The notes under the pieces were generated by a model. The model worked only from the letters and a program-made list of their open reading frames with translations, did not search any database and was not told the DNA's origin. Positions 26,060 to 40,555 of a stretch of DNA of 64,000 nucleotides are shown piece by piece. The position numbers and the translations under genes are program-made. The stretch covers positions 22,692,001-22,756,000 of the forward strand of contig NC_045138.2 of the NCBI RefSeq assembly GCF_008831285.2. Reading direction: 5' to 3'. Each line of letters starts with the position of its first letter. Position 1 is the stretch's first letter. This DNA is from Nymphaea colorata (taxonomy: Eukaryota).

Positions 26060-29000
26060 TAATTGTACAATTATGATGTTTGAGGGGTATAACATAGTTG
26101 GTTAGACCGACTGATTGGTAGAAGTACGATTGATTGTTAGTTCAATTTCGGTAGGCATTATTTTTCTATACTACAAATGATGCATGAAGAACACTCTAGT
26201 TGATGGGTATATCGCCCTGGACCACAAGGCAGGGGGAGGGACTTTAATTTTGAGATATCTCTCATGTTTTTTGTGTAAAGAAACTTAAAGTTCAAAGAGA
26301 AAAACATATTTTTTCTATATATAAACAAATTCTTTTGAAATTTAAAAAAAAAGTTGGTGCCCACACCTTTTTGTGTGTGTGTGTGTGCTTGTCAAACCTT
26401 ATTTGTACATTGAAAAAAGAAAAGAAAAAGTTATTTCCCTATGTTTTTGACCATCAAAATTGCTCCACACAAGTCGGAGCATGGAAAACCATTAAGAGGT
26501 CCTTTGATAAATAGGAACACATGTACTTTTCATGAATTTAACTTAAAAATTAAAAATTAAAGCAGATTTGTTGACGTCTAATTTTAATGTTTCATGAATC
26601 TATTCTGATCTTTACAATAAATTTATACAACACTCACATAGTATTCCAACTACCAAGCTACCTTTAAAGGATCAAATTTGACATGTGGTTGAGAACAGCT
26701 TCAACCGACAATTGACGTGTCTAGCTTTTACCTCAATAGCCCTTTTAGATAGAGGGCATCTCATTTTGCCCTCACTAAACTTAGTAAGCCTCTGTTATTA
26801 TGTACTATAGAGACAGAAAGTGCCCTTACATCCAAGAAATGGATTTGGGAGGCTTGAAAATTAGGAATTTTAGTTGAATATGGGAAATAGCTACATGAGA
26901 ATGAACGGATTATTATGGAAAGAACTCTTGCTACAGTATGTGTGAGATATATATATATCTTGTTACCTACCTACCATTCAATAAAATATTAAGTGACTCC
27001 GATTTTTTTTTTTTTTTTTTGACTATATATGATGTGCACGGGCTACCTCTTGGTCTATGTCTCTTCTTTCAAACAAATTGCAGCCGATTTATAAAACTTG
27101 AATTGCCATTAGATATTTTATGTCCTTGATTTCATGACGCTATGTTCCCTTTCCCTTTTCTTCTCTTTTTAAAGTAAGTGAGAAGCACGCTAGACTTGAC
27201 CTCTCTCTCATTGCTCCAAATTCCACCCTCAGGGGAAGCACGAAAGTATTTTCTCTACCGTCAGCCCCATGTATCTTTATTCCATCTCCCGGTTTTCATC
27301 AATATTTCGATTTTATAAATTGGAAATGACCTCATGGATGAGAGCAACTAGGGTTGAATCCTCATGACATTTTTTGCAAGCGCCGCACGTAAACATTAGT
27401 TACTTGTGCAAATTTAAAATAAAGATCAAGTACTTCATAAAAATATGGTTCATTGGTCCGTTTATATTTATATATACGATACAAAATTGTATTGAGTTCA
27501 TCAACAAAGGCACTAGGGGAGTCGGCAACTTTGGCTGGTGGGCACTAATTCAATAACTTTAATATTTTAAAAGAGACCAAACGAAATTCAGGCCTATTAA
27601 AAATTATTATTAACGTGCTTTTATGCAATCTAACTTTGTACATATGATCTTAAAAGTGATTGGATGAGAAAACAAGTATTAGGTTAACCATTTTTATTTT
27701 AATTATGCTTTTTAATAATAAAAAATGAACACCACTCTTATAGCATCCAAATTTTGATAATAAAAAAAAAAATCAGATTTTCTTCCAAAATAACTTGAAT
27801 TAAAACATTATTTGAATTTTTGGTTATGAACATGTTAGGTTGTTCACATTTTGTTTACAATATTTTTTAAACACAAATTTAAGAGTGAATAGTTTTAATC
27901 TCTTACTTTAGTGGTCACTCGGGTATTGACCAATTTCTTTCTCTATCTTCCTTTTATTATATATATATATATGTAAATATATATAAGATTATTATTTTTG
28001 TTAACGGGTGGAAAGCTGTAGATTGTAAAAATGGTTCAAAAATAGTAGACACAACAATCCTATAAAAATTCAAAGCGGAAAGATCAATTTATATATATAT
28101 AGTAAGTACGAGTGCGATATAACGTTTGATAAGATATAATTATCAGAAGATGTGACGCATTTTCAAAGCAGATGATATTTAAGAGAGTTGTCTCTCGGTC
28201 GATAGGTACACATGGTGATGGGACAACCGCTCCTGAAAATATCATCTGACAAAAAAAGCCCGCGATAGTTTCAATCCGTGGGCGACCTCTGTTTTCGGGA
28301 CTCAGAAAACAACAAATCGCTACGATAAAAAAGAGGTATATTCGCTTTAATATTCGGACCTGCTCCCCTTCCCTTTTTTCCTTTTCGCCCACCGCTCTAT
28401 TGCCCGTTGGGTTGTGGGGACGAAGTTTGATGCACCAAGAATCAGGAATTGTCACCAAACTACTTCCTCCTTCAATATGCAGGCTGATGCCTGCTTTCTA
28501 AGCAACACACCTTCATCTCTTGACTCTCAGGTGAAATTGCACATACGCCTTTATATATATATATATATATTACTTGTTCAAGCCAAAATATGTGATATTG
28601 ACCTTTTCAAAATGAACTTAACCATGCAATTCAATGAGCTAATTTTAAAGAGGAGGTGTTACTTACAACTTGGGGGAACTTCACAAATGCGGAGTATATA
28701 TTAATCTTGTAGTATCCGCGCACATTAAATTAATGCCAAAACATTGGTGCGTATCAATTGTTTATTTCATAGTGTGTTTAGTATGAAGTAGAAAATGTGC
28801 AAAAAGCAATGCAACCGTGTTCACTACAACTATTGTATAAACCGTGTTCATTGGTAGGGTGCTAATGAATCATCTTGGTCGTTGATCTTTTTTTTTTTTA
28901 AATGCATAGTTGAAAGAAAAAAAACAAAGAACAAAATTTACCAATTAATGTTAGATGACCGGTATGCTGACGTCCCTTTCAACTTTCAAGTCTCAATCAG

Positions 29001-30838
29001 GCAACAAAAAGAAGAATCAACCGCATACATAGTTGATACTTATTGCATTTGCCATACAACACAAGACAAGCTTATACTGTTTATTTTTCAGTTATAAATT
29101 AATCCCAAACAAAACATCCAAAGCATTCAATAGCCCAATAAATAAGAATAAGAAAGAGCTCATGCAAACATATAAGAACCCGCTTTTCCTTTTGTCGATC
29201 CATGTGTTCTTCTGCATTGAGATTACTGGACCGCCAGGCGGCGCTACCATACCAAGATCCGAAATATATGCAGTCGACTGCACGTAACTGTCTAGGCAAC
29301 CTTGCCTACTCCAAAAAAAAAAATTGTAGAATTTTATATTAGATTATAACACAGGAAAATTTGTAATTATAATTCTACATAATGTTTGGAAGATACAATA
29401 TGATAAGTATGGTGAGTTTGAAAGAAACAAAAAAAATATGATAAATTTTAAAACTTAAAATAAAAAATAATAACACAAACATCAAAAAAATAATTAAATT
29501 TACAACAAATAAGAGATAAATAATAAAAAAAACTGTTTGATGTTAAAAAAACTGAAAAAATGAAAAAAGTAAAAAAAAAAAACGCATTAAAAACATGTTT
29601 TCTTCGTTTTTATGTTTTTTAAAAAAACGTTTTTCTAAGTTTTAAATAAAAAAGTAAAAAAATCACATTAGAAACATGTTTTTTTTTTTTTAATGTTTTT
29701 CTACAAAACGTGTTTTAAAATTTTAAATGGTCATTTAATTTACTTTTTTTATTTTTTCAAAAAAAACACGTTTTCTGTGATTATGTTGGTAATCGTCTGC
29801 CCCAAAGAACAAATGATTTTTGCTATATCAGCAATTCTAGAAATAACGTTCAAATTTTAGTTAAGAATAACTAGTTAAATTTTATAGATGCACTACCATT
29901 ACCAAAGTTAAAATTTTTTATCAGTTAAACACAAGTTTTATTTTTTTTTGTATAAAACAAATATATATTTTTCAAATGTAGATACAAATTTTATTAGAAG
30001 AGGTAGGACCGAAGAAAGGACAAAGACAAAGAAGAGCGGTTTTATCGAATCGCCGCAACTACGAACAGATCCAAATTTAGAATTGCAACACCTGTTAAGG
30101 CATCTGCCCGATAAAGCCGAGCAGCCACCGTCCGTCACCAACGCAACGCACGCAATCCAATGTCCAAATGGTATTTTAGAACCAAATAATAAAAAAAAAC
30201 CAAAAACCTTTCAAGCACATCGATTTTTTCCTTTTTCTCTCGAACCGTCGAACACTTATTAATTAATCAAAAAAAATGGTCGATGATCTTTAAAAAAAAG
30301 CTTCCATAGGGCATAACTGAAGAAGGAAAAGATTAAGCACGTAGATGGAAATATCGAGAATATGAAGGAGCTTAAATAAAAAAAGGGGCCGCCTTCAATG
30401 ATTCGGAGAGGGATAAGGACGAAGCTTGGGGCGCCACGCACCCAAACCAACGCGTGGCCATCTCCGTGGGTTCGGTCGCAGTTCGTTGGGCGCCTCGCCC
30501 CATAGATCCACTTCCCCCTCTCTCTCTTCATTTCATTTTTTTAATTTTAATGGAAAACAAAATAAAATAAAATAAAAGTAGTAAAAGCCCGTTGGTTGGG
30601 TAGGTGACGACGCCGAGGGGGGGTTTTCCTTTTTATTTTATTTTTTTATTTTATGTTTTCTGTTTTGGGGTTTGCCCTCCCGTGGTTTTTTTTATGAGCG
30701 CCCCCTTTCTTATTGTTCCCCGCCTGCTCCCTTCTCTTTCATCGCAGGGGGACACTCACAGTCACAGTGTGGGTTGGGGTGCGTCGCCGAAAGGAGTGAA
30801 GAAAGGAGAGTGTTAGTGTTCCGCAAGAGAGGAGACGG

Positions 30839-33800
30839 ATGGATTTCGGAATCCCCAGGGAGCTTTCAGATCTGCAGAAGCAGCGTCTGCTCTATCAGCC
30901 CGAGCTCCCTCCTTGCCTCCAGGTTTGCCCTCCCTCTCTCTGTGGGTTTGCGAACTTTGCGAGTTTGGTGTTAGGCTTTCTGGCGCGTCTTTGATGCTTG
31001 GTTTTTTTTTTTTTTCTGGGATCGGAGATTCGTTTCTTGATTTTTCTCTTGATTTTGGTGAGAGTATGTTCGAAAAGCGTTGCGGATTCGTCGATCAGGT
31101 TCCCGTTTCGGGATTTCTAGTGGGGTTCTGCGCGCACGTTGCTGTGGCTGAGAGTTCCTTGGATCGCAGTGAGGTTTTAAGTTTTTCTGTGAAGGCGCTC
31201 GTAAAAATGAGGTTTTTGAGATGGGATGCTCTCTGTGCTGCTGGATCTTTCCGTTTTTCTGCATTTGGAGTCTTTTGGATTGTGATTTGGGACGCTTAAA
31301 GGAAACACGAGATTCTTCTAAAGAGCAATAATTTTGTTGTGCTTTTTTTTTTGTTCGTGCTTTGATGTTAATCCATGTCATGTTTTTCGTGATTGTTTTT
31401 TCTCAGAACCAATAGTTTTTAAGCATTGTTTTCGGATATCATCGGGAAAGAAACATTGGATCTTGCTTGCTTACAAAGTGTCGTCCGGAAGGATTTTTCT
31501 CTCATCGCTAAAACGATTTTGCTGCGACTACTAATGGATTTTTCTTTTTTTTTTGGAAAAAGAATTCCAGAAACAGTTTCATAGCCTCTATGCTACTATC
31601 TTCATGCAGGGAAATACCTGTTTAGTTACTGTCTAGACCTTGCGTGTGCTTGGTTGCAGGCCTGCGTCTGTTGTGTATGGCGCCGAATAATTTCAAAATA
31701 TGATGCCATCTTTGAAGGAATAAACATGGAGGCGGTTTCACATATCTCGCAAATGTCACCGATTGTATCGTCCAATATAGCTTGTGTAATGGGTCGCTTT
31801 TTTTTTTTTCGAGGTTTCAACTGCAAAAGACTTTATTAAATTCTTTGTTGATTTTAATTCTCTATTTTCTAAAAATTATTTCCGCGAAAGCATCTTTGGA
31901 TTCAGATCACTTATATTCCATTTTCCCGACTATTCTTTCATCTCTTTTCCAGATTTGTGGCAGAATTCTGCCCATAATTAATTATTATTTGTTGAGCTTT
32001 TCCTTGTTAAAGGTTTGGTGTATATTTATGAACTTGTGTTAACCCATTGTCTGATAATCGTTGTCTACAGGGAACTGAAGTTAGGGTTGAGTTTGGCGAT
32101 TCTACCACTGCTGGAGACACATCTGCTGCTAGTGCAGTTAGTCGCTACTTTCCTCTTACGTATGGACAGCCGTTGGTTCATTTCTTAAGGGCGACGGCGA
32201 AGGTCCCTGATGCTCATATCATTACGGAGCATCCTGCAATTAGGTAAAATCTTCTTGGAGGCGGAAATTTCCAAGGCATCCGGAATTCATAATGAGTAGC
32301 ATATTATTGAATCTGCGTTTGCTTATGTTTGTGAAATAGATATATATTTTTTTAAATTTTTTATTTTTGGTCAACTTTCCTCATATTTCTTCCCCATTTA
32401 CGTCGCGGAGTTGTATATACAATTTGTTTGTGTTTGACCTTCAGTTGTATAATATTTGTACGACCTGTGGACATGGTTGAGATGACATTTGGCTCCTTTC
32501 TTTATTGCAGGGTCGGGGTTGTCTTTTCTGGACGACAATCTCCAGGAGGACACAATGTAATTTGGGGTCTTTATGATGCGCTTAAGTTGCATAACCCACA
32601 AAATGTCTTGCTGGGTTTCGTGGGTAAGTTTTTTTCTTTTCTGTCTTCCCGAGCTTCTTCCACAGCACAGATATTAACGATGTTTTGAAAATATCGGGTT
32701 TTTATCTTCAAAAGGAACAAAGTACTTTATCAGGAAAATATCACTATGTTTGCAAACTTGTAAAAAAGTATCGTAATCATGTTGGATATTTGGAAAAATT
32801 CCCTTGTTTATATATATTTTCAGTGTATATTTTCCACTTTTTGTTTCTTTTTGATTTTTGACAACCATTTTGAATGTTCTTCAAAATTTTTAGTAAAGTT
32901 AGTATAAAACTACAATCATTAAGATTTTCTACTATTCTTTAGGATTTTTAGAATTTTCCTAAAATTAGTAAAGTTAGGATTTCCTAAAATTTTCCGTAGA
33001 TACAACAATTTTATTAAAAAAAACCTTCCAAGAAGAACCTGTCCAAGGAACCCCGGGAACAGTTTCTGTAAGTATTGTTTTTCTAATACTGGATTCTTAT
33101 ACATCAACGTTTTCATAGTTTATTTTTAGTTCAGGGACCAATTTGTTTCATGCTCATACTTGGACAATGCATACTGAAGCCCTTTTCATTTTGGGCACTT
33201 TCTAACAGGTGGTACGGAAGGTTTGTTTGCTCAGAGGACTCTGGAAATCACAGAAGATGTATTGTCCAGCTACAAAAACCAAGGTCTTACTTTAGTTGCA
33301 TATTTCTTGTGCACAGTATGCTTGATTTCAGGGACAATCTATTGATGCCATGTCCTTTTATGTCTTCTTCCTTTTCCTGTTTTGGGATTGTTTTGAGAAA
33401 GGGGTTCATTACAACTATTTCTTCTTCACTTGGACTTTATACCTGCTGGAGTTCTTATTTAAATAACTTTTCAAGTAATGGAAGAACTATTCCAGGGAGG
33501 CATGCATTCTCGATTTTTTCTTCTTCCCTTGGGCCTTGACCTCTGTTGTAAGTTTTGTAAAAACCCAATGGCTTGCATGGACTAGCTTGAATGCTATTGG
33601 ACTGTAATTTTCATTAAAGGTATCAGAAGTATATTTCTTCATAGCCACTTGATTGAAGTTTCTGAAACAAGGATTCCGAAAACAGGGCAATTTCAAGGCA
33701 TCCTAATGGTGGATCACATATCGCATTTGGGAAAGTTCTTGGCATTTATGAAACCTATTTTGCCGATCAATATGAGGAACTATTGAAGTTCATATTTTCT

Positions 33801-36800
33801 AAGTTGGAGAAATCCACACGTTGCTGCCATCAAGTGAGGCAGACTATTGGAAAATAGCTGAACGGGAAGGCTGCAGTTGAAGGCGGCATTTGCACACCTT
33901 TTTAGATCTCTTATTCCTTTGGTGTTCCATAGATGTCCTGCTTCTCCTTTCTGATGCAAAACCATTCAATCAAGTCCTCATTTTGCAATGTCATATGGCC
34001 GTTAGGGATGAATGGTAGCTGTTCCACTAACGTTTGCCTCTGCTGCGACCATTTTGGACGCCTAATGTAGTTTTCTATCATCTCAACTTGCTTTTTCTTG
34101 GATTAATTACCAAAAAGTATGTGCCATTCATGTGGTGTCAAAGGTATTTTCCCGCAGGGTGTAAGAGAGTAGATGATATAAAAAGTCTTAGCTATTTTTG
34201 GGTGAAAATGAAGCCAAACATAAGACTTAAAAAGTCAGGCTACTAAAGCCTAGGAACATGTGCCATGCCGTGTCTTCAGTGATGGATCTAAAATCTCCCT
34301 CAGTATTTGAATGCTTTTGCTTTGCTGTTGAATGAAACATCATAGGGTTTATCTTTGATACCTTCCTTTTTTGCATCATCTGCATGTGCAGGTGGCTTTG
34401 ACATGCTAGGACGGTCTGTTGATCAAATAAGGACAACTGAGCAAGTGAATGCTGCACTGACAACATGCCAAAATTTGAAGTTGGATGGGCTTGTTATTAT
34501 TGGAGGTAAAATATTCATCGGCAGATGGTCTGCAGTTTGAGGAATCAGGTGACTTTGTGGATTAATGGTTTTTTTATTTGAAGGTGTGACTTCCAACTCC
34601 GATGCTGCTACACTTGCTGAGACATTTGCTGATGCAAAATGTCCTACAAAGGTAGCTATGTGAAAGATTTTATTTTTTTCATTGTTTGGGAAACCTTGAA
34701 CTGTTGTCTGTAATTTGTGGTATCTTGTGCGAGAGATTAGTCATTGGATCTGTAACTAATGGGCAACTCTGATTTCATTCTTTTGTTGTTCAGGTAGTGG
34801 GAGTTCCTGTTAGTTTGTATGGTGACTTGAAGAATCAATTTGTGGAGGCAAATGTTGGTTTTGATACAATCTGCAAGGTAAGCAGTGGGTAAATTTGTAG
34901 GCAGCTATTACTGATATTTGGTTGCTCCATGTTTTAACTTTTGTGAACAACAAAGAAAACAGGTGTTTGACTTTTTTCTTCAACTTCTGGACTGAAAAAA
35001 TATGGTTTACATTATCATATGTTTTTGAAATGATCAGTTTTGTGCTTAATAGGTGAAGCCTGTTTTGGCTGGACACCTGTTAAAGACCCTGTTTGAATGC
35101 CTTGAGTCAAATTTGTTATTAAATTCCTATTGAATGAGAAAAATTCACACTGTGGTAGCTTCTTTTTGTCCTAAATTGCAAAAGCTTTTCAGTTTTTGTC
35201 TTGAGGACTTTATAATTTGGTTTCTGTTGTAATATATCTTGGTAATATATCTCTAGGTTTGGATTTACAGGCGGTAGCTTATCCAATTTTTTACTTTCTT
35301 TCCCCCATGTACAGGTTAACTCTCAGCTAATCAGTAATGTCTGTACAGATGCACTTTCTGCTGAGAAGGTAACTGTTTTCGTCCATCATTGCTGCGTGCC
35401 ATGAACTTGTACACCGTGCTGCTCTTTTGTCGTTTTCTCTCATGCCTTTCCCTTCTAGGCTTATTGCTGAAGTTTTCATCATGCCTAATAGGGTATTAAA
35501 AATTTTGAGGCTAAAAAGGGTAGCCATGTACGAAGGAAATCTGTGAGATATCTGGCAACTTTATCTGGACAATATGGATAAAACTTCTGGAAATAGCATT
35601 CTGAAATTCAGTATATGTTTTTTTTTTAATATCTTTTGCAAGTTGACGAGAAAAATTTCTGAGAAGTGGATTTCATTATTAAGAGATCGATATTTTATTT
35701 GTACTCTTAGGATTTTCTTTCCCTAATTTTTATGTAGCTATATTATTCTGGAGTTCGTCAATTGTGTCTGTAGAGACTCCGAACAACATGGTTTCTAGTA
35801 TCAATTTCATGAAACTGTCGCAGCACGAGTCCTGTACTAATGGCAACGTACTGAAATGTAAATTATGTCTGAAACCTTTACTGTGTTTCAGGCCATTCGG
35901 CTTGGAATGTCAAATCCACCTTAGAACGGAGGAGAGGATTAAATAATAAAAAGAAAAAAAAAACTTGGACTGCAGAATCTTTGGCGAATAGTAAATCAAA
36001 TGTTTTCTCTGCTTTAACACACTGTGTTTTACTGTTCTCATTATATTCGGATCCTGAACAATGTTTTCCTCATTTTTTATTTGTTGTTAAATATATGACC
36101 ATAATCTTAATTCAAATCTATGGATCAATTTATGAGTGCCTTATTTTTTCCTCTTCTCTTTCTTTTGGGTGTTGGTCAGTCTCCTAAAGTTTCCTCATGG
36201 TTGTATTTTTTACGGCAGTGGGATATCTATTATCCATATGTAACTCTGTCTCCTAATTGTTCAATTACCTAAATATTTATAACTTTGAGTCATTTATCCA
36301 TATGCAACTTTGTCTCTTAATGGTCTGTCTACCTAAATATTTATGATTTTGAGTCACTAGTTCAATGGTTATGATCGAAAAGTGCATTTTTTTTTTGTAC
36401 TACAGAAGGGTATTTTGTGTTCTAACATTCTTTTTCACAATCTCATCTCATGAACTCTTTTCTTTTTCAGTACTACTATTTCATCCGAGTTATGGGCAGG
36501 AGGGTATCCCATGTTGCCCTGGAGTGTGCTCTCCAATCGCATCCAAACATGGTCTGCTTTCTTTCACAAGGACTTCCGTTTTCCTACTTCAGTCTTTTCT
36601 TTCCTCTTGATCTCATAAATTGTTTGTTATTAGGTCATCCTTGGTGAAGAGGTAGCTGCAACAAAACTCACTCTTTTTGATCTGACGAAGCAAATTTGTG
36701 ATGCCATTCAAGCCAGGGCTGAGAAAGGTCCATTTAACTGATTATGTTTTTTCTGAAAAGTACAGGCTTAATCTGTTATTACTATTTCTCTGACCATTTT

Positions 36801-39494
36801 GGTCTCAACTCTGGAGCAGATAAGTACCATGGTGTCATCCTTCTGCCAGAAGGTCTTATTGAAAGTATTCCAGAAGTGTATGCTCTCTTGCAGGTAAGCA
36901 GTCCAAAATATTCAATTTACTAGTCTTTTTGTATATCGTTGTGGTCTGTGGGCTCAACTGCAGTTTTAACATCTTTATGTTTTATTTGTGGAAAAGCATT
37001 CCTTTATCATTTACCATTTTTATTTTCTCTACCTTATCATACTTTACATCCTCTAGGAAATTCACGGTCTGCAAGGCCAAGGTGTTTCGGTGGACAATAT
37101 TTCTTCACAACTTTCTCCATGGGCATCTGCTTTATTTGAATTTTTGCCGCCATTTATCAGAAGACAGGTACCTCTACTAAGCTGTTCATATTTGAGATTG
37201 TGCTTGGTTTTTACCCTTTCTGTTGTCATCTAACTGTGATCATTTTTCTAATTTTTCAGCTGCTGCTTCAACGTGAATCAGATGACTCTGCGCAGTTATC
37301 TCAGGTGAAAAGTGTGAAAAGTTGTCTACTTGTACAATAGACCTTCTTTTAGGATTGCATTCCTGATTCCTTGGTTTCAACCTGTGGTTAGATTGAAACT
37401 GAGAAACTTTTAGCCCAGCTGGTGGAAACAGAAATCAACAGGCGACTGGTATGGCTTCACCTAAGCGAGTGTTTTTTCTGTCAACTATAGAAGTACTGGA
37501 GGGTGTACTGATGCTTTTCTATTTTCAGAAAGAAGGAACTTACAAGGGGAAGAAGTTCAATGCCATATGCCATTTCTTTGGTTACCAAGCTCGTGGCGCA
37601 TTGCCATCAAAATTTGACTGTGACTATGCTTATGTACGAACTATCATCCCATTGGGCAAATTGGTGTTACCCCAACTACCTCTTCTTTCTTTGGTTGTAA
37701 TGCCAGGCCTTTCTGTTTCTGCAGGTCCTTGGGCATATATGCTACCACATTCTTTCAGCTCGTTTGAATGGCTACATGGCTACCATAACCAATCTAAAGA
37801 ATCCTTCTAATAAGTGGAGATGTGGCGCCACTCCTATAACTGTATGTTCTTATGGTCTTCATCTAGGAAACTTGCTGTTTCGTAGGGCCATTATTCTTGA
37901 GCAGTTGTCGAACTCTTTTTTCCATTTGTTGGGTTTACCTTAGTCTTCCCCCTCTTGCCTTATGTGTGATGTCAGGCAATGTTGACTGTGAAACGTTGGT
38001 CGAGAGGTCCTGGTGTTGCATCCATTGGAAAGCCTGCAATCCATGTCACACCTGTGGATCTGAAGGGGAAAGCATATGAGTACGTCTTTAACCGCTCTTT
38101 GTTTGTATTGGTTTCAGTTCATTCTAACTGCCCTTTTGTTTGGCTGTTGAATCTGCGCATCCTTTTTGCTCTCTATGTTGCTAATTAAACGTTATTTTTA
38201 TGAACCTGGAAAAAATTGCCGCCTTGTGAGCATAGCGATAGGTATGGGTATCCTTGCCTTGGCCAAGGATCTTCTAGTTGTCGTTGTCAATGCTAGAAGT
38301 AGCTGCGAATGGCTTTACTTTTCAGGGCAAATTCTAGGTTTAGATCCCGATGAGCTTAATCAGTGGCTTTGTTGACTACTGGTATTCGTTGCACTTCACT
38401 CTTAATGTTGTCAATGCCATGCGCTGGAGGTCCGCTGGTTTCGAAAGTAATTGAAAAAACGGGATTGGGTGCATCCGGCCTGCCCTCTATTGCTTATTCC
38501 TCTGTCCACAAATTCGAACATTTATTTTTCTGATTTTATCTTCTAAATGACTAGCGTCCTGTTGGTTGGGCTGATTTTTTGCTCGTCCAATTCTAGATTG
38601 GTGCTAAAAGGGTACTTGTCTTTTTCCTGTTTCTTCTTTTTGGTTCTCTCTCAGGTGGCTGAGGCAAAATGCAGCAATGTTCTTGATGGACGACATCTAT
38701 AGGAACCCAGGCCCCCTCCAATATGAAGGCCCAGGAGCAGATGTCAGGACTGTGACTCTTGCTGTGGAAGATCAGGACTACATGGGTCGTATCAAGAAAT
38801 TGCAGGAGTATCTAGAGAAGGTCTGCTTGCTTGCCATAATCTATTTCTCTAGTAACCTGTTGTTATGTGCCTGTAGCTTGTTCGTCGAAAATACTTCATA
38901 ATATCACATGATTTTCGAGGCTGATAAAATGCTGAAAAAGACACATCTTGAAAATGTAGTTCATCCTGCTATTACAACATTCTTTTTGTCCATGTTTCAA
39001 TTGTCATGCATATAAATAATAACGGCATCGTTAGCAGACTTCCCGATCTGAGTCATGAGTCGTCCGAGTCAGTTAGGATCGCCCATTTAATGGGTCAGGA
39101 GTCAGGGTCTACCGAGTCGGCTGGGACCCATCATTTTATTAATTACATGTTTTTTTTTCGTGAGTAGCTAAATATTGAAGTTTGTTATTTTTTAAATTGT
39201 AAAATCTCTCAATATTACATGCTATTCAATTTTCAGTTGATGAAAAAAAAAACAAAGTGCACTTGCCTTCGACTTAACACAGCCAAGTAACAGAGTCAAC
39301 TCCAAGTCACGAGTCTCTTCTGTCTCTCTACTGATTCTATTTTGGTTTGGTGTCTTGTTCTTTTCCAGGTGAAGACAATAGTGAAGCCAGGCTGCTCACA
39401 GGATGTTCTGAAGGCTGCTCTCAGTGCCATGGCTTCCGTTACAGATATACTCTCCGTCATGTCAACCCCTACTTACAGCACACAACTGCTCTGA
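30839..39494 (+). CDS. PFP-ALPHA: Pyrophosphate--fructose-6-phosphate 1-phosphotransferase subunit alpha (614 aa)
   Basis: 19 GT-AG exons: 30839-30922, 32071-32243, 32511-32623, 33209-33283, 34392-34505, 34584-34651, 34794-34877, 35315-35368, 36471-36551, 36634-36727, 36820-36893, 37057-37167, 37260-37304, 37392-37448, 37529-37633, 37725-37841, 37976-38079, 38655-38820, 39369-39494 (1845 nt, open). Motifs: [57 protein letters not shown]. Confidence 0.96.
36230..36356. repeat. 64-bp tandem duplication in a PFP intron
   Basis: ttatccatatg...acctaaatatttat...ttgagtca starts at 36230 and 36294. Confidence 0.85.
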
Positions 39495-40389
39495 GGTCTT
39501 GATCCGGAACAGCGTCTTGGACAACTGAAGTCTACAGTGACTTCTTCTGCAGCGCCCTCTCTCTCTCTCTCTATCTCCCCACCCCTGAGTTGTGATGAGT
39601 AGATCTTTTGTCATAAATGGCTGCCTCTGTGGGCCACTGAATTTTGTGATGGTTCCAATGACCATGGGTCTTGTTGAACTTTCTACTTTCCGTGGTATTT
39701 GCTGTAAGCCTCTTTGTTTATCAATTTTGACTGTGTTTTATGGTTCTATAAAAGGTTAGCTGGTGTAAGCTACCGTTCTTCATTCTCGGCGTGTTTCCAA
39801 CCGAAGGGCTTTGACTGGTTAGTGTCGATGCTGTTTTCTTAGCCCATCACTTTCCGATTTTTCTCCGTTTCATGTAAGCGGATCGGTTTTGGGTATTTTC
39901 TAAAAAACGCCTTTCGGTTTGCGAAAATAAAAGAAGACGGCATTATTTTCGAATTATTTTTACTCTCTCTCTCTCTCCTGAATTCAAACAGGCCGTCAAA
40001 GGGCAGGTCTATCGGTCGAGACCTTACAAAAAATTACAACGCAGTCCCGCTGAAGTGCCCCCGTCTCACAGGGAATTATCTATCAGGTGTTTTGAAGCTT
40101 GGTTACTGTATTGAATCTGATCCCACTTATTAAGAGATTGCAGAATAGTTCCAGAGGAATTGGACGACGCCCAAACGCAACACTGACCTTGACAATAGAC
40201 TGATTTAGCAAACCAAACAATTGATTAACTGATGAGTGCAGATAAGGCGGTGGTTTCTTCATGATCTTTTGTCATAAATGTTGCCTCTTCTACAAACCTG
40301 ATCACAAAAACCATGGGTTTCGGCATTCGATCTGTCTTGCCGGCTAAGTTTGTCCCCAACATAAGTATCAGGATTAAAGGGCCTCCAGA

Positions 40390-40555
40390 CAGGGGTGGAG
40401 GCAAGTGTGGGCAATTGCCCACACAAGGCCACAAAAAATGGTTGTTCTATATTGAATTGCATAACCATTTTTTGAATTGACATACTAGTGCCTCGTAAAA
40501 ATCTAAGATTATATAACTAGTGTCCCTTTGTTGAAATTTTCTAGCTCTGCCCCTG
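40390..40555. mobile_element. Short MITE (CAGGGG(T/C)GGAG termini, probably hAT-like)
   Basis: Starts caggggtggag and ends ctctgcccctg, with the internal palindrome tgtgggcaattgcccaca. A related decayed copy lies at ~23170-23582. Confidence 0.7.

Noticed and set aside
29320..29790. AT-rich palindromic and repeated tracts
   Set aside because: Probably a decayed MITE, but boundaries could not be supported.
30604..31534. ORFs around PFP exon 1
   Set aside because: 5' UTR and intron 1 sequence, low complexity.
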